From Vulcanisaeta sp. AZ3 (GTDB lineage Archaea > Thermoproteota > Thermoprotei > Thermoproteales > Thermocladiaceae), in the NCBI GenBank assembly GCA_000960865.2, contig JZWU02000019.1, forward strand, positions 1 through 30,843: a stretch of DNA of 30,843 nucleotides, in the 5' to 3' direction. Below are positions 17,795 through 27,449 of the stretch, piece after piece. A program made the position numbers and the translations under genes. The notes under the pieces were generated by a model, which worked only from the letters and a program-made list of their open reading frames with translations, made no database searches and was not told where the DNA came from. How positions within the stretch are numbered: position 1 is the first letter of the stretch; every line of letters begins with the position of its first letter.

Positions 17795-19261
17795 TTGATG
17801 GGAATCGAAGATTTAATAAAAGCCTACAGACCCGTATGGGCCTTAGATCATGCAGGAGCATTACTAGGGTGGGACCTAGAGGTTAACATGCCTGTGGAGG
17901 GAGCCTCAGCACGTGGCGAGGCACTTGCTCAATTAACATTAATACGGAGAGAGTATTTACTCAAGCTTAAGGATTTGGTAGATAGGTTTGAAAGTGCTAA
18001 GGACTTAGACGATTTTGGGAGAGGAGTCATTAGAGTTTTGAGGAGGGAGTTAAAGTATTACACATCAATACCTCCTGAAATACTTGAAGAGCTAAGCAAA
18101 ACTACGACAGAGGCCGCCGTAGTTTGGAGAGAAGCTAGAAAGGAATCTAACTTCAATAAGTTTAAGCCCTACCTGACTAAGATCGTTGAGCTAGAAAGGG
18201 TTATTGCCGATAAGCTTGGTTATGAGGGACACCCATATAACGCGCTCCTCGATTTATACGAGGAGGGCTTTACTGTCAATGACGCCGATGAAATCTTCAA
18301 TAAGTTAATACCTAATTTAAAATCAATACTTGAAAAGATAAGGAGTGAAAACAGATACCCAGAGAGGCATCCGCTTGAGGAGGTGCCATATGACATTAAC
18401 ACCATGAAGGTTGTTAATGAAGAATTACTTAAGATCCTCGAAATGCCTGTAGGGACTAGGTTCAGGATGGACGTCTCGGCACACCCATTCACAATAGGCA
18501 TGTCTGTAAATGACGTTAGGATTACAACTAGGTATGAGGGTAAGGATTTCAGGGCAACCATGTTCTCAGTAATACATGAAAGTGGACATGCAATTTATGA
18601 ATTATCAATAGACCCCTCACTAGAGATGACTCCAGTAGGCCGTGGGGTCTCCATGGGAGTTCACGAGAGTCAATCAAGGTTTTGGGAGAATATTATAGGT
18701 AGGAGTAGAGAATTTACGCATATAGTATATTCATTACTTAAAGAGAGGCTTCCCTTCCTCAAGGATTATAGTGAGGATGGTGTCTATAAGTACTTTAACA
18801 TAGTCAGGCCCAGCTTAATTAGAGTTGATGCTGATGAAGTCACGTATAACTTCCACATAGCTCTTAGGTATGAGATTGAGAAGGAGTTAATAGCCGGTAA
18901 GCTCGATGTTTCAGACCTACCATCACTATGGAATGACTTCATGGATAAGTACTTAGGTGTTAGACCTAAGGATGATGCCGAAGGTGTATTACAAGATATT
19001 CATTGGTCCCAAGGGTCCTTCGGTTATTTCCCAACCTATACCCTTGGCAATGTCATTGCTGGTATGATCTATGCAAAATTACCCGGCCTTAAAGATAAGA
19101 TCACCAATAGAAGGTTTAACGAGATAAAGGATTTCCTTAGGGAGAAGATTTGTAAGTATGGCGCCACATACCCACCCAAGGAGTTATTGATGCGTTCCTT
19201 CAACGACACATACAACCCAGACTACCTACTGAATTACCTACGCGAAAAGTACCTCGAGTAA
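17795..19261 (+). CDS. Carboxypeptidase, M32 (Taq) family
   Basis: HPFT, DVRITTRY, HESGH, HESQSRFWEN, IRVDADE, LQDIHW, GYFPTY. Confidence 0.97.
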   Translation: MMGIEDLIKAYRPVWALDHAGALLGWDLEVNMPVEGASARGEALAQLTLIRREYLLKLKDLVDRFESAKDLDDFGRGVIRVLRRELKYYTSIPPEILEELSKTTTEAAVVWREARKESNFNKFKPYLTKIVELERVIADKLGYEGHPYNALLDLYEEGFTVNDADEIFNKLIPNLKSILEKIRSENRYPERHPLEEVPYDINTMKVVNEELLKILEMPVGTRFRMDVSAHPFTIGMSVNDVRITTRYEGKDFRATMFSVIHESGHAIYELSIDPSLEMTPVGRGVSMGVHESQSRFWENIIGRSREFTHIVYSLLKERLPFLKDYSEDGVYKYFNIVRPSLIRVDADEVTYNFHIALRYEIEKELIAGKLDVSDLPSLWNDFMDKYLGVRPKDDAEGVLQDIHWSQGSFGYFPTYTLGNVIAGMIYAKLPGLKDKITNRRFNEIKDFLREKICKYGATYPPKELLMRSFNDTYNPDYLLNYLREKYLE

Positions 19262-19304
19262 TTTGCAAAAACTTTAAAAGTAACGTTAGCCATAATGCGG
19301 AGTT

Positions 19305-20405
19305 ATGAAGGTAGATATCGAGGAACTAAAGAGTAAAATAAAACCAAGGTTAAGACCAATAATTTGGCGCAATAACGACAACACCTTAATCCTACTTGAC
19401 CAGAGGAAAATACCCTTTGAGGAGTCCTATGTAGAGTTGAGGGATCCTGTGTCCACGGCCGACGCTATTAGGCAAATGATTGTTAGGGGTGCACCGGCCA
19501 TAGGGATAACGGCAGCCTACGGAATGGTCCTGGCAGTAGCCCATGGAAACGCCTCATCGCTCAATGAAGCTCTAACTGAGTTAGCTAGAGCTAGGGACAC
19601 CCTCAATGCTGCCAGACCCACGGCGCAAAACCTCTCCTGGGCTACGGGGAGAATGTATAGTAAGGCTGAAAGAGTTATTCATAATGGTGAAGTGAGGACT
19701 GTTAAGGAGTTAGTAGATGTGCTTAAGGAGGAGGCCGATGCAGTATTTAATGAGGAGTTCGAAGCTGAATTATGGATGGGCATTTATGGCCTTGAGAAGG
19801 TAAGTGATGGCGATGCAATACTCACACAGTGTAATGCAGGTGGTCTAGCCACTGGTACTGGCATTGGAACTGCCACAGCACCAATTAGGGTTGCACACGC
19901 CCTTGGGATCAAGGTCTCAGTCTTTGCCCCTGAGACCAGGCCGTGGCTTCAGGGAGCCAGGTTAACAGTATATGAGTTGATGGCTGATGGAATACCCGTA
20001 ACTCTAATTACGGATACAGCTGTTGGTTATGTGATGTATAGGGGTATGGTTAATAGTGTTATGGTTGGTGCCGATAGAATATTAAGGGATGGACATGTGT
20101 TTAATAAGATTGGTACATTTAAGGAGGCTGTAATAGCCCATGAACTAGGCATACCCTTCTACGCAATAGCACCCTCATCAACCTTTGACTTAAAGAGTAA
20201 GGTTGAGGATATAAAGATTGAGGAGAGAGACCCAGATGAAGTTAGAAAGATAAGGGGTGTGCCAATAACAGTGGAGAATGTGCCTGTGTTCAATCCAGTC
20301 TTCGACGTTACACCTCCAAAGTACGTTACGGCATTAATAACAGAGAAGGGTATTATATACCCACCATTTGAGAGGAACGTGACTAAGATATTGGGCGTTG
20401 AGTAA
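19305..20405 (+). CDS. mtnA: S-methyl-5-thioribose-1-phosphate isomerase
   Basis: [51 protein letters not shown]. Confidence 0.93.
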   Translation: MKVDIEELKSKIKPRLRPIIWRNNDNTLILLDQRKIPFEESYVELRDPVSTADAIRQMIVRGAPAIGITAAYGMVLAVAHGNASSLNEALTELARARDTLNAARPTAQNLSWATGRMYSKAERVIHNGEVRTVKELVDVLKEEADAVFNEEFEAELWMGIYGLEKVSDGDAILTQCNAGGLATGTGIGTATAPIRVAHALGIKVSVFAPETRPWLQGARLTVYELMADGIPVTLITDTAVGYVMYRGMVNSVMVGADRILRDGHVFNKIGTFKEAVIAHELGIPFYAIAPSSTFDLKSKVEDIKIEERDPDEVRKIRGVPITVENVPVFNPVFDVTPPKYVTALITEKGIIYPPFERNVTKILGVE

Positions 20406-21774
20406 GCCACCTCAGGTTAATTCCTAACCTATATGAATAGTCACGGTATAGACTTACTAACCTACCATACCAACTAGGTAATTTGCTTGGGTCTGTCGGG
20501 TAAGCTTCATACAATGTCTTAACATCATTCATGTACCTCAAGGCTAACCTAAGCTTGGCCGCAACATCGGGAACCCTCATTAAGCGAAGCCCAATCTTTA
20601 TCTTATCAATAAATGAGAGTTCCAGGTAGCCTCTCTCAGAAATTTCGAGAACCTCATCCTCAGTAAGCAACCTAGCTCTCAAACCCCTATTTAACTGATC
20701 ATCAGTTAATGTTTGTAACATTAATCTGAAAACATCAAGCATCGCTTGCTTAATGCCATAAGCCCTCAAGTACTCAATGTTATACCTCCATAGAGCTTCC
20801 TCAGAGAAATCACCTCTCTCAAAGGCCTCAATAACAGCCTTAGATGCAAGCTCTGCAGACAGTAATGCAGGCCCTAAGCCCCCACCATGAACGGGATTTA
20901 CAGTCACCGCTGCATCACCAACCGCTAAGAAGCCATTGGCAACCAACGATGGTAATGGTCTTCTTGTTGGCACAATACCACCACCTGCATGTATTACCCT
21001 CCTACCCCTCGTGTACTGGCTATTGGCTAAGTATTCATCATAATTATGCCTTGGGTTTAACCCCCTATCCTCACTTAACTTACCCCAAAGACCAAGCCCT
21101 ATATTCATAGTATTCCTAGACTTCGGGAACAACCACCAATAACCACCAGGGGCTATTCTAGAGTCTAAGTAAATCTTTATGTACTCAGGTCTCTCTATAT
21201 CATAATCAACCTCAATAACCTCCCTATAAGCATGAGATGCATCCTCAGGTAGTAATGGTTCAGAAACCCACCACTCACGAGGCAACCTACCCCTAACCAC
21301 AGCACCGACGCCACTGGCATCAATCACAACCTTAGCCCTAAAGTCCTCAATCAATCCATCAGGCTTAAGAACCCTAACCCCCACAACCCTACCATTCTCT
21401 ATTATTGGACCCTGAACCTTATACCCATCAAAGACTTGAGTCCCTGCGGACTCAGCCTCGCTAATCAACCACTGAGCCCACCTACTCATATCAAGACCAA
21501 ACCCCTTACCAAGAACCACATACCTAATGGATAGGTCGGGGCTATAGAGCTCAGCACCCTCATACCTAATCGTAAAGACATGACTTGGGGGTTTAATGGC
21601 TAATCTATCGATATGATGAATACCAATCGCATCCCCCGTCACCTTAAAGACCTTATCCCTCCTCTTCATCTCCACGAGAGCCACGTTAAGCCCAGCCTTA
21701 GCCAGCAAGTATGATGCGTAAGAACCACCGGTACCCGCACCAATAACTACTACATCGAAATTTGCCATACTCAC
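20383..21774 (-). CDS. Geranylgeranyl reductase (digeranylgeranylglycerophospholipid reductase family)
   Basis: [12 protein letters not shown] motif, [27 protein letters not shown]. Confidence 0.9.
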   Translation of the reverse strand: MSMANFDVVVIGAGTGGSYASYLLAKAGLNVALVEMKRRDKVFKVTGDAIGIHHIDRLAIKPPSHVFTIRYEGAELYSPDLSIRYVVLGKGFGLDMSRWAQWLISEAESAGTQVFDGYKVQGPIIENGRVVGVRVLKPDGLIEDFRAKVVIDASGVGAVVRGRLPREWWVSEPLLPEDASHAYREVIEVDYDIERPEYIKIYLDSRIAPGGYWWLFPKSRNTMNIGLGLWGKLSEDRGLNPRHNYDEYLANSQYTRGRRVIHAGGGIVPTRRPLPSLVANGFLAVGDAAVTVNPVHGGGLGPALLSAELASKAVIEAFERGDFSEEALWRYNIEYLRAYGIKQAMLDVFRLMLQTLTDDQLNRGLRARLLTEDEVLEISERGYLELSFIDKIKIGLRLMRVPDVAAKLRLALRYMNDVKTLYEAYPTDPSKLPSWYGRLVSLYRDYSYRLGINLRWLTQRPIS

Positions 21775-21823
21775 GAATGATCTTCAGTAGGTATTTTAAG
21801 CATTAGGGATTTGGTATGATTAA

Positions 21824-22516
21824 TTACTTAATTGGTAATGGTAGCGACTCACCTGGCTTTAGTATGTATACCTTAACGTCAGGCATTAGAGACTCCGCAA
21901 GCTCCTTAAATACCTCCGGGTCTTGCTTAATGTCAGGAAATGTATTGTAATGCATTGGAACAGCCGCCCTAGGTCTAAGAAGGGTTAAGGCATAAGCCGC
22001 CTGCCTCGGATCCATTGTGAATAAACTACCTATTGGTAACAAAGCAACATCAATCCTGAAAAGCTTTCCTAAGATCTCCATCTCACTAAATATACCTGTA
22101 TCGCCCGCATGGTATATCGTGGCCTCAGGAGCCCTTATAATAAAACCAGCAGGCACACCCCTACTCGAACTATGCAGTGCTGGTGTTACATAAACCTCAA
22201 CCTCACTAGTTAATTTTGTAGAACCACCCACATTCATACCTATCGTATTCTTAACACCCTGCTCACTAAGGTAATTCGCAAGCTCAAAAACACCAACCAC
22301 CGTGGCATTAGTCTTCTTAGCAATATCCACAGTCTCGCCTAAATGGTCGAAGTGGTCATGCGTGACCAATATGAAATCCGCATTACTAATATCATTGAGA
22401 GTGATCGGTGATAGTGGATTTGATATCCACGGATCAACCAACAACTTCTTACCACTAACGGAGACCTCAAAGGCAGAGTGACCAAGCCACCTAATATATG
22501 ATTGTGAGCTCATCAA
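21824..22516 (-). CDS. Metallo-beta-lactamase-fold hydrolase (UPF0173-like)
   Basis: WLGHS, THDHFDH, YHAGDT, LLPIG, PMHYNTF. Confidence 0.92.
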   Translation of the reverse strand: MMSSQSYIRWLGHSAFEVSVSGKKLLVDPWISNPLSPITLNDISNADFILVTHDHFDHLGETVDIAKKTNATVVGVFELANYLSEQGVKNTIGMNVGGSTKLTSEVEVYVTPALHSSSRGVPAGFIIRAPEATIYHAGDTGIFSEMEILGKLFRIDVALLPIGSLFTMDPRQAAYALTLLRPRAAVPMHYNTFPDIKQDPEVFKELAESLMPDVKVYILKPGESLPLPIK

Positions 22517-22618
22517 GATAACTAAGCGCCGGCACTAAATAAGTTTTAACACTAATTTCACAATGAGAGCCCATAAGGTATTTTTAAATAGTCTAAAGAG
22601 TAATTTAGGTAGTTAAGC

Positions 22619-23416
22619 ATGACAAGCAATAATGAGGAGCTTAAGGGAAAGCTTCTGGAGTTATTGAAGGTTGATGAGGAGTTTAGATTAGCAGTCATGG
22701 GACTACTAGGCATCGCTAACCTAAGCTCATCTATTGATAAACTAACTAGGTCTATTAATGAACTAACAGAAATAGTGAAGAAGCACGAAGAAAGACTGGC
22801 AAAAATAGAAGATAGATTGATTAAATTAGAGGGAAGAGTAATTAAGTTAGAAGAGGGAGTAGCTAAGTTAGAAAAAAGAATAACCAGGATAGAGGAGAGA
22901 TTAGCTAAGTTAGAGGAGAGAGTGATCAAGTTAGAAGAGAGAGTAGCTAGGCTGGAGGAGAGGATGGTTAAGTTAGAGGAGAGGATGGCTAAACTTGAGA
23001 AGGGAATGGCGTACTTAATAAGGAGGGTTAATAGGATTGAGAGGACTCTCGAGAGGTACAGTGTTAGTTTGGAGGATGAGGCTAATATTGTTGTTCAACA
23101 TTACCTTAGGCAGAGGGGTGTGGATATTAAGACTAGGGTTACTTACTTTGATGGTAAGTATGAATTTGATATTTATGGGACTGATGGTAAAATAACCATA
23201 GTTGGGGAGGCTAAGGTTAGGGCTAGTAGGAATACTATTACTAGGCTTGTAAATAAGGTTAAGAAGGTGATGGATAGGTGGCCTGACAAATTTAAGGGCA
23301 GGGTTATCACTGTGCTTTACTGCATGAGAGCCTTACCAGGCGTCGTTGAGGATGCTACGGCCAATGGCATTTGGTTAATTGAGGATATGGAGGAGAGGAC
23401 TGGGCTAAACCTCTAA
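22619..23416 (+). CDS. Coiled-coil heptad-repeat protein with C-terminal PD-(D/E)XK nuclease domain (paREP-like)
   Basis: DEEFRLAVMGLLG N-terminal motif, KLEER(V/M)x heptads, EFDIYG...VGEAK. Confidence 0.8.
   Translation: MTSNNEELKGKLLELLKVDEEFRLAVMGLLGIANLSSSIDKLTRSINELTEIVKKHEERLAKIEDRLIKLEGRVIKLEEGVAKLEKRITRIEERLAKLEERVIKLEERVARLEERMVKLEERMAKLEKGMAYLIRRVNRIERTLERYSVSLEDEANIVVQHYLRQRGVDIKTRVTYFDGKYEFDIYGTDGKITIVGEAKVRASRNTITRLVNKVKKVMDRWPDKFKGRVITVLYCMRALPGVVEDATANGIWLIEDMEERTGLNL
22781..23011 (+). repeat. About 11 degenerate 21-bp tandem repeats encoding KLEERVA-type heptads
   Basis: KHEERLA KIEDRLI KLEGRVI KLEEGVA KLEKRIT RIEERLA KLEERVI KLEERVA RLEERMV KLEERMA KLEKGMA. Confidence 0.85.
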
Positions 23417-23706
23417 TGTTGTTTTGCCGCTCCCTTGATTGTGAAGGTTAGTCTTATGGCTCTTGAGTGAGGTGCGTAGATTAATATATCGTTTGGTTGG
23501 ATGTTGTACTTACTCGTTAATGCCTTAACTAATTCGTAAATGCTACCTAACTTCATTGGGTGTTCTAGGTATATCTTTATATAAACCTCGAGGCCTGCCT
23601 TGAAGTCCTTAACACCAACCCTAGTGTACTTAAGAGAGTTCGTCTCCAGGTTCTTGAGTGTTTGGTCTACAATAGACTTCAAATCTCTCTGTAATCTTGA
23701 TGCCAT
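23413..23706 (-). CDS. Small hypothetical protein
   Basis: 97-aa ORF downstream of hjc, converging on the coiled-coil gene with a 4-nt overlap. Confidence 0.7.
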   Translation of the reverse strand: MASRLQRDLKSIVDQTLKNLETNSLKYTRVGVKDFKAGLEVYIKIYLEHPMKLGSIYELVKALTSKYNIQPNDILIYAPHSRAIRLTFTIKGAAKQH

Positions 23707-23746
23707 TTAATTGTTCGCAGAATTAAGTAATTATAAGGATTAATGT

Positions 23747-24166
23747 TCAGTCCAGGAATTCTGTCAAGGACTTACTAACGTACTTATTAATTAACTGTTC
23801 AATGGTGTAAGCCTTAGAAAGATCGCCAGGTCTTACTGTGATATCACCACCACTCGTTATCGGTAAAAATCTCCACTCATCACCCCTATATTTAATGGCC
23901 ACATAAGCATCACCACCAGCCCTCTTGGCAAACTCGAGGAGCTTTTCCACCTTCTTTGCCTCAATCCTTATGGGTTTCCCCTTAGACCTATACTTGGCTT
24001 CTATTACGAGGGTGAATCCAGGACCTATGGCAACAATGTCTGGTACAAACCTCTTCCTAACACCACCACCTGATGAGCAACCACGAAGTACGGCGAGACC
24101 CATATCCCACAATATATTGGCCAGGGACCTCTCGTGAGATGATCCCTTCCTCTTTGGATGGCTCAT
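23747..24166 (-). CDS. hjc: Holliday junction resolvase
   Basis: KRKGSSHERSL, AVLRG..SGG, PDIVA, IEAK, WRFL; PIP-like tail KSLTEFL; ATG 24166 (TTG 24175 possible). Confidence 0.92.
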   Translation of the reverse strand: MSHPKRKGSSHERSLANILWDMGLAVLRGCSSGGGVRKRFVPDIVAIGPGFTLVIEAKYRSKGKPIRIEAKKVEKLLEFAKRAGGDAYVAIKYRGDEWRFLPITSGGDITVRPGDLSKAYTIEQLINKYVSKSLTEFLD

Positions 24167-24167
24167 G

Positions 24168-24860
24168 CTAATCAACTCTCAACTCCCTAATAATATTTGT
24201 GTCTGGGCATAGTAATACACATGCTAGGCTTGATTGTGAATCACAAAAGCCGCAGTTCGCGCTTATGGAGATGCTAGAGCTATTCTTAACCAATGCGTTG
24301 TAGGTTTCTGCTAGTCCAATGTCATATGTAAATACAAGGCTTGAGTGCGTAATTAAGTCCATATCGCCCAGGGAACCCGGCCTAACCAATAGGTATAAGT
24401 CACCCCCTGAATCCACATAATCCAAGAGCCAATTAACCACAGGCCTAGGCAAACCTCTAGGCAAAACCTCAGCATTACTATCTATTATTGGATCAATAAA
24501 TAACTCATTGGGTAAGTTTAGCAGATGAGGCCTTATATCAATAAGCCTCGTGAGGGCATCTAAAGTAAGACCTATTATGTAATTCCCAAGGTTAATTACA
24601 TACATAATCCACGCATCCCCAACCTCCGAATTCATAATAATTATTGACTTATCAAAATAATTCAACGATTTAGGTATGCCATTACCCAACCCACCACGAA
24701 ACCTATACACACCTATAACCTCCTTACCCAAGGATCTAATCCCCCTAATAAATCTCTGATCAATCTCACCATTAACCTCCATACCCAGCTTATTAGTGAA
24801 GGTAAGCCTCGGTATATGATTAATCCCCAACCCAATTATTGGAACCGCCTCAGGAAGCAT
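24168..24860 (-). CDS. Hypothetical protein with C-terminal ferredoxin-like Cys motif
   Basis: Start overlaps the tbp stop (TAATG); CGFC-x7-C-x3-CP near the C-terminus. Confidence 0.65.
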   Translation of the reverse strand: MLPEAVPIIGLGINHIPRLTFTNKLGMEVNGEIDQRFIRGIRSLGKEVIGVYRFRGGLGNGIPKSLNYFDKSIIIMNSEVGDAWIMYVINLGNYIIGLTLDALTRLIDIRPHLLNLPNELFIDPIIDSNAEVLPRGLPRPVVNWLLDYVDSGGDLYLLVRPGSLGDMDLITHSSLVFTYDIGLAETYNALVKNSSSISISANCGFCDSQSSLACVLLCPDTNIIRELRVD

Positions 24861-25438
24861 TAAAACTCCTCCTCCCCCTTCTTCACCTCCTCATACAACG
24901 CACCAATATCCTTCAATACATTATGAATCTTAAACACAGCATCCCTAACCTGCTCCTCCCTCTTCGCCCCCGTACACACAATCTTACCACTACTAAAGAT
25001 TAAGAGAACAACCTTAGGATCATCCATCCTATAAATAAGGCCAGGAAACTGCTCAGGTTCATACATAGAGTTCTCCAGAAGTAAGGCTGACTTCTCAATA
25101 TCCACCTCAGCATGTAAGTTCCCTGAAGCCACAATATTCTGAACCTGAATCTCAGGAACAAGCGGGACATCAGCCTCATGCTCATTAAGAAGCCTAACCA
25201 ACTCCTTAACAGCCCTCTTAAGCTCATTCTCACTCTTAGCCCCCGTACAAACCATCTTACCAGTCCTAAAAATAAGAGCCGAAATCTTAGGCCTCTGAAG
25301 CCTAAGTATGAGGCCAGGAAACTGCTCAGGATTATACTCAGCAGCCGGGAGCCTCTCGGCAAGTTTATCCAAGTCCAAATCAACGCCTAGGTTTACAGTA
25401 GCCACAATATTCTCAATCCTATAGGTAGGGCTTGACAT
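24860..25438 (-). CDS. tbp: TATA-box-binding protein
   Basis: Two repeats: NIVA...YNPEQFPGLI..LIFRTGKMVCTGAK and YEPEQFPGLIYR..LIFSSGKIVCTGAK. Confidence 0.99.
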   Translation of the reverse strand: MSSPTYRIENIVATVNLGVDLDLDKLAERLPAAEYNPEQFPGLILRLQRPKISALIFRTGKMVCTGAKSENELKRAVKELVRLLNEHEADVPLVPEIQVQNIVASGNLHAEVDIEKSALLLENSMYEPEQFPGLIYRMDDPKVVLLIFSSGKIVCTGAKREEQVRDAVFKIHNVLKDIGALYEEVKKGEEEF

Positions 25439-25495
25439 TGTTATGATTTATAAACCAAGTTTAAAAAGCCTTTCCAACAATTCACGATGTATTAC

Positions 25496-25753
25496 AACAT
25501 GCGAAAACCTCGCCATTTATGACGGGATTACGGTTTTAATTCCTTAAATAATAAAGAGTTTATAATTCTCGGCGAGTCGGGTTTGAGAATACGGACCCTC
25601 TAAAGAGGCCTTAAGGCCCCCTCACCCCTTAGCATATGGGAGGGTTCTCTGTTCCTCTCGACAACCCTACATGCAAGATGTAAACCCAAACCAATGAGGA
25701 ACCCCCCTCAGCCCATTTAGAGTGAGGAACCCTCGCACCTCAAGGCGGGTCAG
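25496..25753 (+). mobile_element. Degenerate non-autonomous IS200/IS605-family miniature element (tnpB internal-deletion derivative)
   Basis: GC-rich non-coding island with related imperfect hairpins at both ends (AAACCTCGCCATTTATGACGGG 25505-25526; GAACCCTCGCACCTCAAGGCGGG 25727-25749), TTAC before the left end, TCAG (25750-25753) at the right end, no terminal inverted repeats; boundaries approximate. Confidence 0.72.
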
Positions 25754-25809
25754 GATAACACCAAGAGAATAACTTATTAAAGGCATACACTGAAAAATAA
25801 TGACCAAAA

Positions 25810-26160
25810 ATGGGAGGAAAGAAGAGACCAACAGCATCCCAAATAGCTAAGAAGCAAGAAAGACAACAAACAGCGCAAGCCAAACCAGCAGCCAAGGGGA
25901 AGAAGACAACCACTGAAGAGAGACAGACAACCAAGGCATCCCTAGTAGACCCAAAACTACTAAATGATGTTGAGAATGAGGTAATTAAGTGGGAGTACGT
26001 AACACCATACCTAGTAGCAAGTAAGTTCAACACAAAGCTGAGTGTTGCATACCAAGTACTAAGAACCCTAGTAAGCAAGGGGACCCTAATCCTATACTCA
26101 AAAGGACACAGAACCGAAATATACACCACACCAGACAGACTTAAGAAAATAGCCGCATAA
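25810..26160 (+). CDS. rps25e: 30S ribosomal protein S25e
   Basis: MGGKKRPT basic N-terminus, YVTPYLVASKFNTKLSVAYQVLRTL winged helix, HRTEIY. Confidence 0.92.
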   Translation: MGGKKRPTASQIAKKQERQQTAQAKPAAKGKKTTTEERQTTKASLVDPKLLNDVENEVIKWEYVTPYLVASKFNTKLSVAYQVLRTLVSKGTLILYSKGHRTEIYTTPDRLKKIAA

Positions 26161-26200
26161 ACAATAAGCACCTTATTAATCAACTTAATTAAACAAATAA

Positions 26201-27322
26201 TTGATGAAGAACAAAGGTTCACTATCAACAATAATAGCAGGAATACTAGTCCTACTAACCCTAACCACAGGAATAATCATTGGAATAACAACACTATCAA
26301 CAATAACAACACTAACAAACCTAGCCTCAAACCACGTAAAAACAGTCGGAGAAGAATCAGCACTATACAGCGGACTAATAATACAAGGAAACAAACTAAC
26401 AAGCACCAAAGGCCCAATAACAATAATAAGCGCCATAAACAAAGAAGGAACACTCACAATAATCAACGAAACAACACAAACCTACACAACAAACACCACA
26501 ACACCACAACTCCTACTAACAAACGTAGGCCCAATCCTAATAGACCCAACAAACACGCTAAACCAAACCCAAACAAACAACCCAATAAACAACTACCTCT
26601 GGAACTGGGTAACCGCAGTAATAACAACAAACAACGGACAAAACCAATACACAGGCATAATAATAACCCTAGCAAACCAATACTACCTACTCCACATAAA
26701 CCCAAACTACGCCATAGGACCACTAACAGTAACGAATACATACATAACCAAGGACTACGGAGCAGGACTATGGGGATGCCAAGCAACCTACGGAGGACTA
26801 GGAGTCGGCGGCGCCTGGACAACATGCCCAGCACCAAACTACGCAAACACAGCCGTATACAAAGGACCATGGCCACAAATAACAATAACACCCATAAACA
26901 ACACAACCATAAAACTAACAATAACACTACTAAAAGGAACAAGCTTCATAAGAACACCAAAAAACTTCACCCTATACATACTAAACCAAAACAAACCACA
27001 ATGGATAAACCCAACATGCCAAGGACCCCATTTAATCACAAAATGCACCTTCGACATGACCTGGATACAATACCCATACCAAAAAGGCACGGCATGCTAC
27101 AATGGAGGCTGGATCTGGTGCACCCTACCCGAAAACATAACCTATAACATAACCATAAACATGAAAACACAAACACCCCAAAACTACTACCTAATAATGA
27201 TAATACACTACCCACCAGGATTCCCAAACCAATGGTTCACCTGGAACATAACAAACACAAAACCAAACACCCCAATCTGGCTAGACACACCAACACCAAA
27301 CGCAACAATCCTAACTCCATAA
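26201..27322 (+). CDS. Secreted/surface protein with a class III (pilin-like) signal peptide candidate
   Basis: MKNKG followed by a hydrophobic stretch SLSTIIAGILVLL; Thr/Asn-rich with many N-x-T sequons; ATG 26204 or TTG 26201. Confidence 0.7.
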   Translation: MMKNKGSLSTIIAGILVLLTLTTGIIIGITTLSTITTLTNLASNHVKTVGEESALYSGLIIQGNKLTSTKGPITIISAINKEGTLTIINETTQTYTTNTTTPQLLLTNVGPILIDPTNTLNQTQTNNPINNYLWNWVTAVITTNNGQNQYTGIIITLANQYYLLHINPNYAIGPLTVTNTYITKDYGAGLWGCQATYGGLGVGGAWTTCPAPNYANTAVYKGPWPQITITPINNTTIKLTITLLKGTSFIRTPKNFTLYILNQNKPQWINPTCQGPHLITKCTFDMTWIQYPYQKGTACYNGGWIWCTLPENITYNITINMKTQTPQNYYLIMIIHYPPGFPNQWFTWNITNTKPNTPIWLDTPTPNATILTP

Positions 27323-27449
27323 ACACTACATACGACTATATATAAAAATCAAATTCCAAATAAATTATTTATAAGTTCCAGAAAATACGAAAAATTAGAA
27401 CGAAATTCTAAACAAGATCCTTATAAAACCCTAAGCCCACGAATCCCCG

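Noticed and set aside
338-22929. Many short ORFs antisense to or nested in genes (e.g. 338-595, 3782-4087, 8070-8408, 16266-16556, 18220-18561, 22558-22929)
   Set aside because: Shadows of well-supported genes, with no motifs
22781-23011. Periodic repeats as a possible CRISPR array
   Set aside because: Contiguous in-frame 21-bp coding repeats with no spacers
25560-25760. GC-rich intergenic stretch as tRNA, SRP or RNase P RNA
   Set aside because: No cloverleaf or T-loop and no recognisable SRP/RNase P motifs; paired end hairpins fit an IS200/IS605 derivative better
26201-27322. Diversity-generating retroelement target
   Set aside because: No reverse transcriptase or template/variable repeat pair in the window
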